From sequence record ON568341.1: 64,000 nt of DNA; one strand, given 5' to 3'. Under the pieces are notes generated by a model that saw only the letters and a list, made by a program, of their open reading frames with translations, made no database searches and had not been told where the DNA came from. The DNA is from Escherichia phage UE-S1. Position 1 is the stretch's first letter. Each line of letters begins with the position of its first letter. The position numbers and the translations under genes are program-made. Positions 1 through 8,704 of this stretch are shown piece by piece.

Positions 1-27
1 ACGCACATGAAATGAATTTATTTTGAG

Positions 28-55
28 TTGACAAACACATTCAGTACTGTATAAT
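28..55 (+). promoter_or_regulatory. sigma70-like promoter
   Basis: TTGACA(28-33), 16 nt spacer, TGTATAAT(48-55); upstream of 103..657. Confidence 0.5.
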
Positions 56-102
56 GTTTATCAAGGGGATGAACTTCTCATCCCTACAATCGAGGAACGA
101 CC

Positions 103-657
103 ATGATTACTTTTAAGAAAACTGCTAACCACATCCATGAAATCTACATTAACGGTCACAAAGCTGGCCTTCTTCGTTTACTCAGCCATCATCCTGATGT
201 TACTGTATCTGATAATGAACCTAAAGATTGGCGTGTCTTTTTCTTTGGGAAGTACAGTGATTTTCAAGTATCAAACCTGAAGAACATTCGTTCAGTATGC
301 ACGTTAACTGAAATTAAAGAAAAGTTAGTAAAAGCATTGAAAACTAATCCAGATGCAGTTCTTCCACCAGATAATTTTGTAGAGAAAGGTTATGCCTTAG
401 CTCATTTCAAAGATGGCACTATTCAATCTATCAGTACTGCATATGAATATCAATGGACTGAGTACTTCACTTATGGCTCCCGTGAAACTTTGATGGCTTC
501 ACGTAGTAAATTGGAAGAAGTAATAACTATTATAAATGAACGTGAACGTCATTTATATGATAAACCTGAAATGTGGAGTTCAACTTACATTGACCGTATT
601 GACTATGTTATTATGTCTCCAATCTTTGACACTGCTTACTATGATTCTTTGAAATAA
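103..657 (+). CDS. hypothetical protein (184 aa)
   Basis: Long ORF, GAGGA SD-like upstream, promoter upstream. Confidence 0.6.
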   Translation: MITFKKTANHIHEIYINGHKAGLLRLLSHHPDVTVSDNEPKDWRVFFFGKYSDFQVSNLKNIRSVCTLTEIKEKLVKALKTNPDAVLPPDNFVEKGYALAHFKDGTIQSISTAYEYQWTEYFTYGSRETLMASRSKLEEVITIINERERHLYDKPEMWSSTYIDRIDYVIMSPIFDTAYYDSLK

Positions 658-668
658 GGATAACTTAT

Positions 669-845
669 ATGAAACTTCGTACTCGCAATCGTTTGATGGA
701 TGCACTGTACCACGAACAATGTACATTGAATGACACAAAGCGTCAGTTAATGTATACATATCAGTTACCAGCCCGTGCTGCGAAACAACGTGCCAAAGAA
801 TTACTAAAAGAAGCTATCGAGTACTGGGAATCTGATTCGTACTAA
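669..845 (+). CDS. small hypothetical protein (58 aa)
   Basis: ATG with AAGGA 8 nt upstream; fills intergenic gap; below ORF-track cutoff. Confidence 0.35.
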   Translation: MKLRTRNRLMDALYHEQCTLNDTKRQLMYTYQLPARAAKQRAKELLKEAIEYWESDSY

Positions 846-884
846 TATTACGTGAAATGTCACGTTAATTAATTGAGGCGATAA

Positions 885-1136
885 ATGAAAATTTTATTAG
901 TTCTAATACTACTAGTTGTTTTACCATTTACTTTAGTATCACCTGAACTTGCATGGAATGTGTTTGTGTACTTAGTATGTACTATTGTAGTAAATGGTAT
1001 CTTGTTCTTAGTTCTATTCATAAATGGAATAGGACACGGTGGAGGATGGACCAATACTGCTGATATTGTACATAAAACCACTATGTCTTTATTTGTTGTG
1101 TGGAATTTATTCTGGACTTGGTTTGTGTTCTTCTAA
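885..1136 (+). CDS. small hydrophobic membrane protein (83 aa)
   Basis: GAGG SD; strongly hydrophobic sequence (LLVLILLVVLPF...). Confidence 0.45.
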   Translation: MKILLVLILLVVLPFTLVSPELAWNVFVYLVCTIVVNGILFLVLFINGIGHGGGWTNTADIVHKTTMSLFVVWNLFWTWFVFF

Positions 1137-1145
1137 TTAAAAAAT

Positions 1146-1517
1146 ATGAATATAGATTTGAAAGGTGCAACCCGAACTGTTATTCTCATTGGGGAATACG
1201 CTATCAAGATTCCAACTTTCAAAAGCTGGAAGTTATTCTTAACGGGAATGATAGCTAACCTAAATGAACGTTCGTGGATGCAGTACTCCAATCGTAGTGA
1301 CAGTAGTATCTGTCCTACGTTGTGGTCATCATGTACTGGACTAGTAACTGTACAGAAACGTTGTAAGCCAATACATCATAGGGGTTTATTTTGGGTGGAG
1401 TTGTGTGCTTTAGCATTGAATTCAGAGTTAAGTGCTGACTTCTTCTATTCAGATGCGAAGCCAGAAAACTTTGGGTATCTGGGTGGTAAGTTAGTTAAAC
1501 TTGATTATGGAGATTAA
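1146..1517 (+). CDS. protein-kinase-like mini-protein
   Basis: Motifs YAIKIP (VAIK-like), SDAKPENFG (catalytic-loop-like), KLDYGD (DFG-like); too short for a full kinase. Confidence 0.5.
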   Translation: MNIDLKGATRTVILIGEYAIKIPTFKSWKLFLTGMIANLNERSWMQYSNRSDSSICPTLWSSCTGLVTVQKRCKPIHHRGLFWVELCALALNSELSADFFYSDAKPENFGYLGGKLVKLDYGD

Positions 1518-1518
1518 T

Positions 1519-1788
1519 ATGTACGCACTGTATAATAAAGAAAAGAAACAATTTGCTAAGGTTGAAATTTCGATTGATACATTTGATATGTTGGAGTACT
1601 GTATTGTAACGGACCCATATGCTAATTTGTATTACGTTCATGATGACACATCAGTACTGCAACGATTGCTTGAGAGTTCAAAAAGTCAATGTCAGGGAAT
1701 CCATGATGGTTCATCCTATGAAACTCCTGAGTGTTCATATGGCTGTCTGGATGGATATGAGATTGTTAAGTTGGGGATCGTTGAATAA
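1519..1788 (+). CDS. hypothetical protein (89 aa)
   Basis: GGAGA SD 7 nt before ATG 1519; ends just before terminator hairpin. Confidence 0.45.
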   Translation: MYALYNKEKKQFAKVEISIDTFDMLEYCIVTDPYANLYYVHDDTSVLQRLLESSKSQCQGIHDGSSYETPECSYGCLDGYEIVKLGIVE

Positions 1789-1795
1789 AGAAAAG

Positions 1796-1819
1796 GGTTG
1801 ACTTTGGTCAGCCCTTTTT
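1796..1819 (+). terminator. intrinsic terminator hairpin (overlaps promoter -35)
   Basis: GGGTTGAC-tttg-GTCAGCCC stem followed by TTTTT. Confidence 0.55.
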
Positions 1820-1827
1820 GTTATAAT
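1798..1827 (+). promoter_or_regulatory. sigma70-like promoter embedded in terminator
   Basis: TTGACT(1798-1803), 18 nt spacer, TATAAT(1822-1827); upstream of denV. Confidence 0.45.
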
Positions 1828-1855
1828 TTTTTCATCGAAACGTGAGGATGAATAC

Positions 1856-2371
1856 ATGACACGCATTAACTTAGTACACGTTAAAGAACTTGCAGACCAA
1901 CATCTGATGGCTGAATATCGTGAACTACCACGTGTATTTGGTGCTGTACGAAAACACGTTCACGCACGTAAGCGTGTACGTGATTTCAAAATTAACAGTA
2001 CTTATCTGTTAGGTTCAGGTCATGTGACCTTCTTTTACGACAAGTTGCTGTACTTACAGAAGCGTCATATCGATATTGTCAACGAATGTTTGCGTCGTGG
2101 GATGAAGATTCAAAATACTGAAGTAAACGACATTAGCAGCTTCCCTGCTGAGTTTTGTAATGACTATGTACCATCGGAGTCAGAGATTAAAATGTCTCGT
2201 GATCGTTTGATTGAGAAGCTCCAGATGAAGCCTACGTGGTATAAGTTTACTGACGTTGAACGTCCACAGTACGTTAAAGATATTCAGGACGTAAGTAGTA
2301 ATATAGAATCTAGTACGGATATGTTAGACGAAATTGAAGAACAAATCAAAAATGAAATGAATAATTATTAA
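1856..2371 (+). CDS. denV: pyrimidine-dimer DNA glycosylase / endonuclease V (T4 DenV-like)
   Basis: [52 protein letters not shown] matches T4 endonuclease V as recalled; GAGGA SD. Confidence 0.9.
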   Translation: MTRINLVHVKELADQHLMAEYRELPRVFGAVRKHVHARKRVRDFKINSTYLLGSGHVTFFYDKLLYLQKRHIDIVNECLRRGMKIQNTEVNDISSFPAEFCNDYVPSESEIKMSRDRLIEKLQMKPTWYKFTDVERPQYVKDIQDVSSNIESSTDMLDEIEEQIKNEMNNY

Positions 2372-2409
2372 AGGAAAGGATTGACTTCGGTCACATAAAG
2401 GAACATAAC

Positions 2410-2604
2410 ATGTTATTAGTATATTCAAAGCGTTTCTGGATTTCTTTTATTGTACTATCGCTAATCGGCTTCGGTGTGAGTATGCTCTTTTCGTGGAATG
2501 AATTGGGCACATGGTATTATGAAGTCCCGTGGTACATGAAGATAGCTCCTTGTTACGCGGCTTTGTTCGTATCATTCCTTATTGTTGTCTTCAGCGAGGA
2601 TTAG
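2410..2604 (+). CDS. small membrane protein (64 aa)
   Basis: AAGGAA SD-like; two hydrophobic segments. Confidence 0.45.
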   Translation: MLLVYSKRFWISFIVLSLIGFGVSMLFSWNELGTWYYEVPWYMKIAPCYAALFVSFLIVVFSED

Positions 2605-2656
2605 TTGATGTAGTATGTTCTACATCAAAAGTATTTGGATATTTGAGATATAAACA

Positions 2657-2685
2657 TTGACACATGTTCTATCTTTCTGTATTAT
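2657..2685 (+). promoter_or_regulatory. sigma70-like promoter
   Basis: TTGACA(2657-2662), 17 nt spacer, TATTAT(2680-2685), then GTACATCA start region. Confidence 0.5.
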
Positions 2686-2711
2686 GTACATCACCAAATG
2701 AGGAATACAAC

Positions 2712-3071
2712 ATGGCATCTTTAAGTGAAATCGCGGAATACAATCCACTAACAATCTCAACAATTCAACGTACAAAAACTTTTTATTTCCGTCCTGTTGA
2801 TGGATGGAAACGTGGAATGAATAGTGACTATCGAGTACTGGAAGATTCACTCATCGAGCGTATCAACTCTGAACTACAGAAGTATGAAGGTGTTAAAGTT
2901 GTACGTTCAACTTCTCGTTATTTTGAGTACTATATTGAGTCTTTAACAGTAAATGAAAACTCATCATCATCTGTGGATAACACTGATATTCTTCGTAATG
3001 CAGTTGGTCTGTTATGCAACATTGCAGAAGAAATGGGATTAACTATCACAACAATGAGTGAAATAGAATAA
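2712..3071 (+). CDS. hypothetical protein (119 aa)
   Basis: ATG 2712 with TGAGGA SD; track ORF 2664 trimmed to SD-supported start. Confidence 0.55.
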   Translation: MASLSEIAEYNPLTISTIQRTKTFYFRPVDGWKRGMNSDYRVLEDSLIERINSELQKYEGVKVVRSTSRYFEYYIESLTVNENSSSSVDNTDILRNAVGLLCNIAEEMGLTITTMSEIE

Positions 3072-3078
3072 CAAAAAA

Positions 3079-3104
3079 GGGTTGACTTTAGTCAGCCCTT
3101 TTTG
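3079..3104 (+). terminator. intrinsic terminator hairpin with embedded promoter
   Basis: GGGTTGAC-ttta-GTCAGCCC + TTTTT; TTGACT(3082-3087) and TATAAT(3106-3111) overlap. Confidence 0.55.
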
Positions 3105-3139
3105 CTATAATCATTTCATCAACTGATGAGGATAACGAA

Positions 3140-3913
3140 ATGAACCGTACAGAGAAAGCACTCCAAATTGAAAAGAACTTCAACTCCATGATGGCAGCAC
3201 TGGAATGTCTTCTTGATACACAAACTAACTCGATCAACTCGCTGATCGTTTCTGGTAAAGGTGGTGTTGGTAAAACTTACAATGTTGACCAACGGTTACA
3301 GAAAGCTGATGACAACTTTGAAATCGACTACAAGAAAATCAGTGGTAAAGTAACTACTGTAGGTCTGTACGAAGCACTGTATCGTTCACGTCATGCTGCT
3401 TCAGTACTGTTACTTGACGACGTTGATATCTTCTCTGATGAAACGAATATTGATTTGCTTAAAGCTGTATTGGATACTTCTGAGAAGCGTGTAGTGTCTT
3501 ATGCTACATCTGCGAAGTACCTGGAACAGCAGGGTATCCCTAAACAGTTTGAATTCCGTGGTAAAGTAATCTTTCTGACTAACAAAAATCTGTCACAGAT
3601 TGCTAAAGGTAAAAGCAGTTTAGCACCACACATTGATGCACTGATTACTCGTAGTATCTTTGTTGACCTGCAACTGTTCACCAACGAAGAAGTTATGATT
3701 CACATTGAGAATATCATGAACAAAACTAACATCCTTGAGAACAATGGTGTTAACAAAAATGGTTGTAAAGCAATTTTGAACTGGATGTTGAGTAATGAAG
3801 ATCGTCTGCGTTCACCTTCACTGCGTATGCCAGTACTGATCGCTGGACTGTATAATAAATTCCCATATGATTGGGAGTCAATGGCAGAGAATATGTTCCT
3901 TGAGAAAATTTAA
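3140..3913 (+). CDS. P-loop NTPase
   Basis: Walker A SGKGGVGKT, Walker B-like VLLLDDVD; GAGGA SD. Confidence 0.6.
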   Translation: MNRTEKALQIEKNFNSMMAALECLLDTQTNSINSLIVSGKGGVGKTYNVDQRLQKADDNFEIDYKKISGKVTTVGLYEALYRSRHAASVLLLDDVDIFSDETNIDLLKAVLDTSEKRVVSYATSAKYLEQQGIPKQFEFRGKVIFLTNKNLSQIAKGKSSLAPHIDALITRSIFVDLQLFTNEEVMIHIENIMNKTNILENNGVNKNGCKAILNWMLSNEDRLRSPSLRMPVLIAGLYNKFPYDWESMAENMFLEKI

Positions 3914-3921
3914 TTTCCATA

Positions 3922-3950
3922 TTGACAGTACTAACAATGTGTAGTATTAT
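3922..3950 (+). promoter_or_regulatory. sigma70-like promoter for membrane-protein array
   Basis: TTGACA(3922-3927), 17 nt spacer, TATTAT(3945-3950). Confidence 0.5.
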
Positions 3951-3966
3951 ACACTGGAGACACCTG

Positions 3967-4308
3967 ATGCGTATATTTTTTGAATCTAATATAATGCTTG
4001 GTATTACACTGATATACATGTTTGTATTCTTGTTTTATCATTCAATTGTAATTAGTCTTTGGTATTTTAAAAGGAAAATGGTTTTTAAATTATATTCGTA
4101 TGATAATGTATTCTTAGTTGTATATAGTATCATACAAGGTGGATTTGTTCTATTTGGTGTTATGACGTATGTGATTTATAGATTACAAATTGATAACACA
4201 CCATACATTACACAGTATGTTGTGTTCACAGGACTAATCGTATGGTTGTTGGTGTGTATCATGTATTTCATAATTAAAGCTCGTGATAGAATTAAAGGGG
4301 AGTTCTAA
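3967..4308 (+). CDS. small polytopic membrane protein, tandem family member 1
   Basis: ATG 3967 with GGAGA SD; paralog of 4308..4646 (LGITLIYMFVFLFYH..WYFKRK). Confidence 0.55.
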   Translation: MRIFFESNIMLGITLIYMFVFLFYHSIVISLWYFKRKMVFKLYSYDNVFLVVYSIIQGGFVLFGVMTYVIYRLQIDNTPYITQYVVFTGLIVWLLVCIMYFIIKARDRIKGEF

Positions 4309-4646
4309 TGTTAGAATTTTTTAAATCAGATGTGATGCTTAGTATTACATTGATTTATATGTTTGGGTTTTTATTTTATCATATACTAGTTGTAGTTCTA
4401 TGGTATTTTAAAAAGAAAATAGTTTTCAAACTGTATCCACCTAGTAATATTTTATTGTTTCTTTACACACTTATTCAAGGTATGTTTGTGATTGTTGGTG
4501 TTATCACTCACTTAATTTATTGTACTAATCCACATTTAAACTCGATAACACAATATGTTGTTTTCTTTGGGTTGTTCATTTGGTTAGTTGTATACTTAAT
4601 CCATCTCATTATTCATGGTAGAGATAAAATTCGCGGAGACTTCTAA
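4308..4646 (+). CDS. small polytopic membrane protein, family member 2
   Basis: TAATG stop/start overlap; hydrophobic; C-term GRDKIRGDF parallels ARDRIKGEF of member 1. Confidence 0.55.
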   Translation: MLEFFKSDVMLSITLIYMFGFLFYHILVVVLWYFKKKIVFKLYPPSNILLFLYTLIQGMFVIVGVITHLIYCTNPHLNSITQYVVFFGLFIWLVVYLIHLIIHGRDKIRGDF

Positions 4647-4993
4647 TGTTTGAAGCTTATCTTGAGTTTTTAAGGAGTAGTCCAGTTGCACATTCACTTG
4701 CAGGGATTATTCTAACAACTTATGTAACATTTTGGGTAGTTATGTTTATAGGATGGTATTTTAAACGACAATTCTATAAACGTAATGTTGAAGATTTTAT
4801 GAATTCTGCAATTAATCAATCGTTGTTTGCATCAACATTTATTGCATGTATTGTAGCAACACTCACAGGAAAGGTACTACCAGCTTTTTCCGCAGTTTAC
4901 GGTACACTTGGGATGATATGTTTAACTTTTATATTGACCATTAAAATTTGTTGTGTTATGATTGAACTTCGAAACAAGATACCGGAGGAATGA
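4646..4993 (+). CDS. small polytopic membrane protein, family member 3
   Basis: TAATG overlap; WYFKRQ motif; hydrophobic. Confidence 0.5.
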   Translation: MFEAYLEFLRSSPVAHSLAGIILTTYVTFWVVMFIGWYFKRQFYKRNVEDFMNSAINQSLFASTFIACIVATLTGKVLPAFSAVYGTLGMICLTFILTIKICCVMIELRNKIPEE

Positions 4994-5328
4994 TGGAGTA
5001 CTTTATTGATTTACTACCGTGGTATATGAAAGTTAGTACTTTGTACTATATTATTAGTGCTGGATTCTATTTCCTGATGTGGTTCTTTAAACGACCAATT
5101 TCAGTATTCATCTCTGACAACCTACTGCAATTAAAATTACACGCATGGTTTGGTATGTCCATGATTATGCCAATTATTCATTACTCGATGATTAGTAATG
5201 GTTTTCGTTCTAGTGGTGAGCCAGTTGTAATTGTATTTTATTGGGGTTCAACTATAGTATATGTCGGTTTTCTATTGTTCCCGATCATTCATAAATTACG
5301 TGCTAAAGTTCCTGATGCGAGGTACTAA
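4990..5328 (+). CDS. small polytopic membrane protein, family member 4
   Basis: ATGA overlap; hydrophobic; WFFKRP motif. Confidence 0.5.
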   Translation: MMEYFIDLLPWYMKVSTLYYIISAGFYFLMWFFKRPISVFISDNLLQLKLHAWFGMSMIMPIIHYSMISNGFRSSGEPVVIVFYWGSTIVYVGFLLFPIIHKLRAKVPDARY

Positions 5329-5642
5329 TGGATATAGTAACATTGATTTACACGTTGTATTCATTCTATTTTATTATGTGTTGGGTTGGATTTGTATTTG
5401 TACTCAAGATGTTTGATTATGTTGAAAGACAGATAAAAGATTTTTGTATTCCTTTTATCGGTTCAACCATTATTAGTGTTTCTTGTGTGTATTTTTTGGT
5501 GTTTGATCCACCAGATAACACTGCGATGATTGACTTCATGTTACTACCAACCACTATTATTTTTTTATGTAGTCTGATGCCACCTATTAGTCGTGGATTG
5601 ACTGAATTTAGACGCAAACAAAAGCGTAAAAGAGGGATGTAA
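5328..5642 (+). CDS. small polytopic membrane protein, family member 5
   Basis: TAATG overlap; hydrophobic. Confidence 0.5.
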   Translation: MDIVTLIYTLYSFYFIMCWVGFVFVLKMFDYVERQIKDFCIPFIGSTIISVSCVYFLVFDPPDNTAMIDFMLLPTTIIFLCSLMPPISRGLTEFRRKQKRKRGM

Positions 5643-6010
5643 TGGAAATTGCTCTTATTATCTTAACTGCTATGCTGTTTATTAGTACTGTGGTTATAAT
5701 TGGTAAATTCTTTTGTGTATCATTTTTAGAAACGGTATACGATGAAATTGCTGATGATTATGAATTACAAGCCGGATTTTTTATTACGTATTGGCTTAGT
5801 TTATTTTGTCTAGTCATTGCTTGGATTTTGCATATCTTTAAATGGGGTATGGTAGATGGTGATCCTGTCATGGGAATTATTGTTCTAGTGTTTGGTATCC
5901 TTGGTGGTGCAGTGCATAATCTGATGGTTATCTGGCAAACTGTTCAATATGTTTTGGTTCCCTATTTTGAAAAGATGCACAGTACAATTAAAAAACGTAA
6001 ACGAGGTTAG
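5642..6010 (+). CDS. small polytopic membrane protein, family member 6
   Basis: TAATG overlap; hydrophobic. Confidence 0.5.
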   Translation: MEIALIILTAMLFISTVVIIGKFFCVSFLETVYDEIADDYELQAGFFITYWLSLFCLVIAWILHIFKWGMVDGDPVMGIIVLVFGILGGAVHNLMVIWQTVQYVLVPYFEKMHSTIKKRKRG

Positions 6011-6011
6011 T

Positions 6012-6374
6012 ATGAACGGGATAGAATTATCTTTCATTGGTCAATTACTAGTAATGGTGAATACTTTCATTTTCTCATTTATTGCATTGATGTGCATTGG
6101 AAAGTATTTCCACAAACGACCATTATCAAATTTATATGATGTAATAAAAAAGAAATATAGTCCAGCACACACTGTACTTATTAGTAGTTTCAATTTTGGG
6201 TTTGTTGTATTAATAATTGGATTGTTAACATCAACGTCGAATGTACTAATCTTCGGTCTTATGATTTGTTCATTGGTATTAGCAGCAATTATATGTTGTT
6301 TAGTACTGCACCTTGTAGTACTATTATATATAAAGCTCGTTGAAATCCATCAACGTTTAGGGATGAGGAAATAA
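6012..6374 (+). CDS. small polytopic membrane protein, family member 7
   Basis: ATG 6012 with GAGG SD; track ORF 5949 trimmed. Confidence 0.5.
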   Translation: MNGIELSFIGQLLVMVNTFIFSFIALMCIGKYFHKRPLSNLYDVIKKKYSPAHTVLISSFNFGFVVLIIGLLTSTSNVLIFGLMICSLVLAAIICCLVLHLVVLLYIKLVEIHQRLGMRK

Positions 6375-6375
6375 T

Positions 6376-6747
6376 ATGAGTTACCGTGAGATATTTTCCA
6401 TTATTTCAATTATTATGTTCAGTACTGGAACATTGGTGTGGGTATTATATTTTTTCTGTGTAGCACCAGTGTATAATATGTTATGTAATATTAAATCAAG
6501 TGCTGGATATATTACTTTTATGGTCTTTATGGGATATTATTGTCTAAGCATTTTAGGTGTTGTTTTGGTTGTTATATTAGATGTTGGACCGAATAGGGAT
6601 GGTCTGAAAATGTATGAGTTATTAACTATGTTTGGGTGTATGATACCAACAGCACTAATGTTTGTAGCTATTGGTGGTGGATGCATAAAGTTATACAATT
6701 ATTTAAAATCTATTCATCATTCCATTCACAATAAGCGTATGTCATAA
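6376..6747 (+). CDS. small polytopic membrane protein, family member 8
   Basis: GGAAA SD-like; hydrophobic. Confidence 0.5.
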   Translation: MSYREIFSIISIIMFSTGTLVWVLYFFCVAPVYNMLCNIKSSAGYITFMVFMGYYCLSILGVVLVVILDVGPNRDGLKMYELLTMFGCMIPTALMFVAIGGGCIKLYNYLKSIHHSIHNKRMS

Positions 6748-6788
6748 TAAAAATCCAGTACTGAATAGTACTGGACTAATAAGGAGTT

Positions 6789-7439
6789 ATGATGAAATCA
6801 AAATTAGGTTTGTTTTATGGAAACTACTTCATTAAACAGCGTAAATTCATAAAAAAATACTTCTCTACAGAGAAATCTAGTCCTCTAATTTTTAAAAGAC
6901 CAAAATATAATTTTTACTTAGCTGGTGCTAAACAGTCTAAGAAATTCATTACATTTTTAAATAAAAACAAAATTAAAGCTTCTTATGTTGAAACCAGAAA
7001 GAACTCATCAATAATTCCTGGTGATTTTATTGAATACGGATGTTTCAATATTAAGCACAATGATAACACATACTTTATGGATATTGATTGTAATACATCA
7101 AATCTTTTTAACATTGTAATAAATCCATCAAAACAATATAATGTTTATGGTGATTCAATTATCAAATTAATAAGAAACAAAGATTGGTTTGATTTTGAAA
7201 TAAATGTTTTAGATGAAAACTTTGATGAAGTTCCAGTTAATCCTGAAATATGTGATATATTAAACAGTTTAAAAGGTAGTAGCTACAATATACCATCTGA
7301 TTTAATGTTCCAGTACTCATTAATCCATAAAGATATTGAACAGTACATTATGTGTGCTAAAATCTTGAATTATCTGTATGATGAATTTAAAATGAGTTCT
7401 AAAATAACAGCATATACTCTTTATAATATTTCTATATAA
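6789..7439 (+). CDS. hypothetical protein (216 aa, Lys/Asn-rich)
   Basis: AAGGAG SD; long ORF ending at bidirectional terminator. Confidence 0.5.
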   Translation: MMKSKLGLFYGNYFIKQRKFIKKYFSTEKSSPLIFKRPKYNFYLAGAKQSKKFITFLNKNKIKASYVETRKNSSIIPGDFIEYGCFNIKHNDNTYFMDIDCNTSNLFNIVINPSKQYNVYGDSIIKLIRNKDWFDFEINVLDENFDEVPVNPEICDILNSLKGSSYNIPSDLMFQYSLIHKDIEQYIMCAKILNYLYDEFKMSSKITAYTLYNISI

Positions 7440-7450
7440 TTTAAAATATT

Positions 7451-7476
7451 AAAGCCAGCACAAGAGCACTGGCTTT
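7451..7476. terminator. bidirectional terminator hairpin between convergent genes
   Basis: AAAGCCAG-10 nt loop-CTGGCTTT flanked by A/T runs. Confidence 0.5.
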
Positions 7477-7480
7477 AATA

Positions 7481-8626
7481 TTATTTTTTCCAAGGAAGTA
7501 ACGAAGTTGGAATCTTGATAGGTATATTTGATGCAGCAACATCAGGAAAATTTGCATCTCCACAAACATACAAATTATCGATTTCGTCAATCAATAATGT
7601 ATAGTTGTAACTTCTACAAAAACCGCTTAAGCCTCTTCCCTCTAATGCAGATAAATTCATTTCAGTGAATTGAGTTATATATGTTTCATTTGAACCAACA
7701 CCACATTGACCATTAGCATTTATACCACAAGTAAGCAATTTATTATTGTTTTGAATTACACATGATGGTCCAGCAAGGTTCGTACCTAGTTCACCTACAA
7801 CATTAACTTCACCTTTTAATGATAAATTTTGGATCACTGTACTCATAGGGACACGCGATGTATTTCCAACACCTGCTTGTCCTGAGCCATTAGTGGATGC
7901 AACTTTAACAGTACCGTCATTAAGAAAAATATAAGATGTTTCGATGGTATTAACTGCTTGTGTAGCTGTTGTTATTGTCGTATCCTGCTTGAATTTAAGT
8001 ACATTTGTTGTTGTTGAACCAGATATAAATGTAGCACCTGCGTACCAATAGGTTCCATCTTGAAGTACTAAACCAGTACTTCTAATTGAACACCCTGCAC
8101 TGCGAACATTTTCTATATGACTATATGTAAAGGTTGATACGATTGAAGATTCACCATTACCGAACACCCCACCAGTACCTGCACCACAGAAAAACCATTT
8201 ACCGTTTTTCAAAAATACACGCATACAAGCAGAAATAACCACACTATCAATATCACTTGCAGCTACACCAAAATCGGTAAAGAAATGAGTTATATCAATC
8301 CAATTACCACCAGTATTTGATGGGAGATGGGGAATTACAACTCTAGTCCCTGTGTACCAGATTGTATCATCATCTTTAATAACAAGAGTACCTTGAACAC
8401 CACCCCAATACCTTGTTACATTTGTATTAACAAGCCTCCACTCAGTAGATGATTCAGTGGAGCCATTACCACCTTGACCATAAGATGATGAGCCGTGCCA
8501 GTATAAATTTCCATTTTTATCTAAATAAAATTTTGCATCAGCCGAACATTGCAATCTGTATTTGAATACGGTTTTTGGTGCTGGTGCAATATTTGCATAT
8601 TTTAGCATTCTACCAAAAGGTAACAT
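7481..8626 (-). CDS. RCC1-like beta-propeller protein with MLPFGRM tag (paralog 9)
   Basis: N-term MLPFGRMLKYANI; repeats such as CGINANGQCGVGSNET; AAGGAG SD. Confidence 0.7.
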   Translation of the reverse strand: MLPFGRMLKYANIAPAPKTVFKYRLQCSADAKFYLDKNGNLYWHGSSSYGQGGNGSTESSTEWRLVNTNVTRYWGGVQGTLVIKDDDTIWYTGTRVVIPHLPSNTGGNWIDITHFFTDFGVAASDIDSVVISACMRVFLKNGKWFFCGAGTGGVFGNGESSIVSTFTYSHIENVRSAGCSIRSTGLVLQDGTYWYAGATFISGSTTTNVLKFKQDTTITTATQAVNTIETSYIFLNDGTVKVASTNGSGQAGVGNTSRVPMSTVIQNLSLKGEVNVVGELGTNLAGPSCVIQNNNKLLTCGINANGQCGVGSNETYITQFTEMNLSALEGRGLSGFCRSYNYTLLIDEIDNLYVCGDANFPDVAASNIPIKIPTSLLPWKK

Positions 8627-8704
8627 AATTTTTCTCCTTCATTCATTATACTGTATTTAATCCAATTAAGAAAAGCTAGTATCAAGTACTGGCATTTAAA
8701 AGAA
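8627..8704 (-). promoter_or_regulatory. intergenic cassette: terminator hairpin + TAAATA..TATAAT promoter + SD
   Basis: minus strand reads GCCAGTACTTGATACTAGC hairpin ... TTAAATACAGTATAATGAATGAAGGAG-ATG. Confidence 0.5.
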
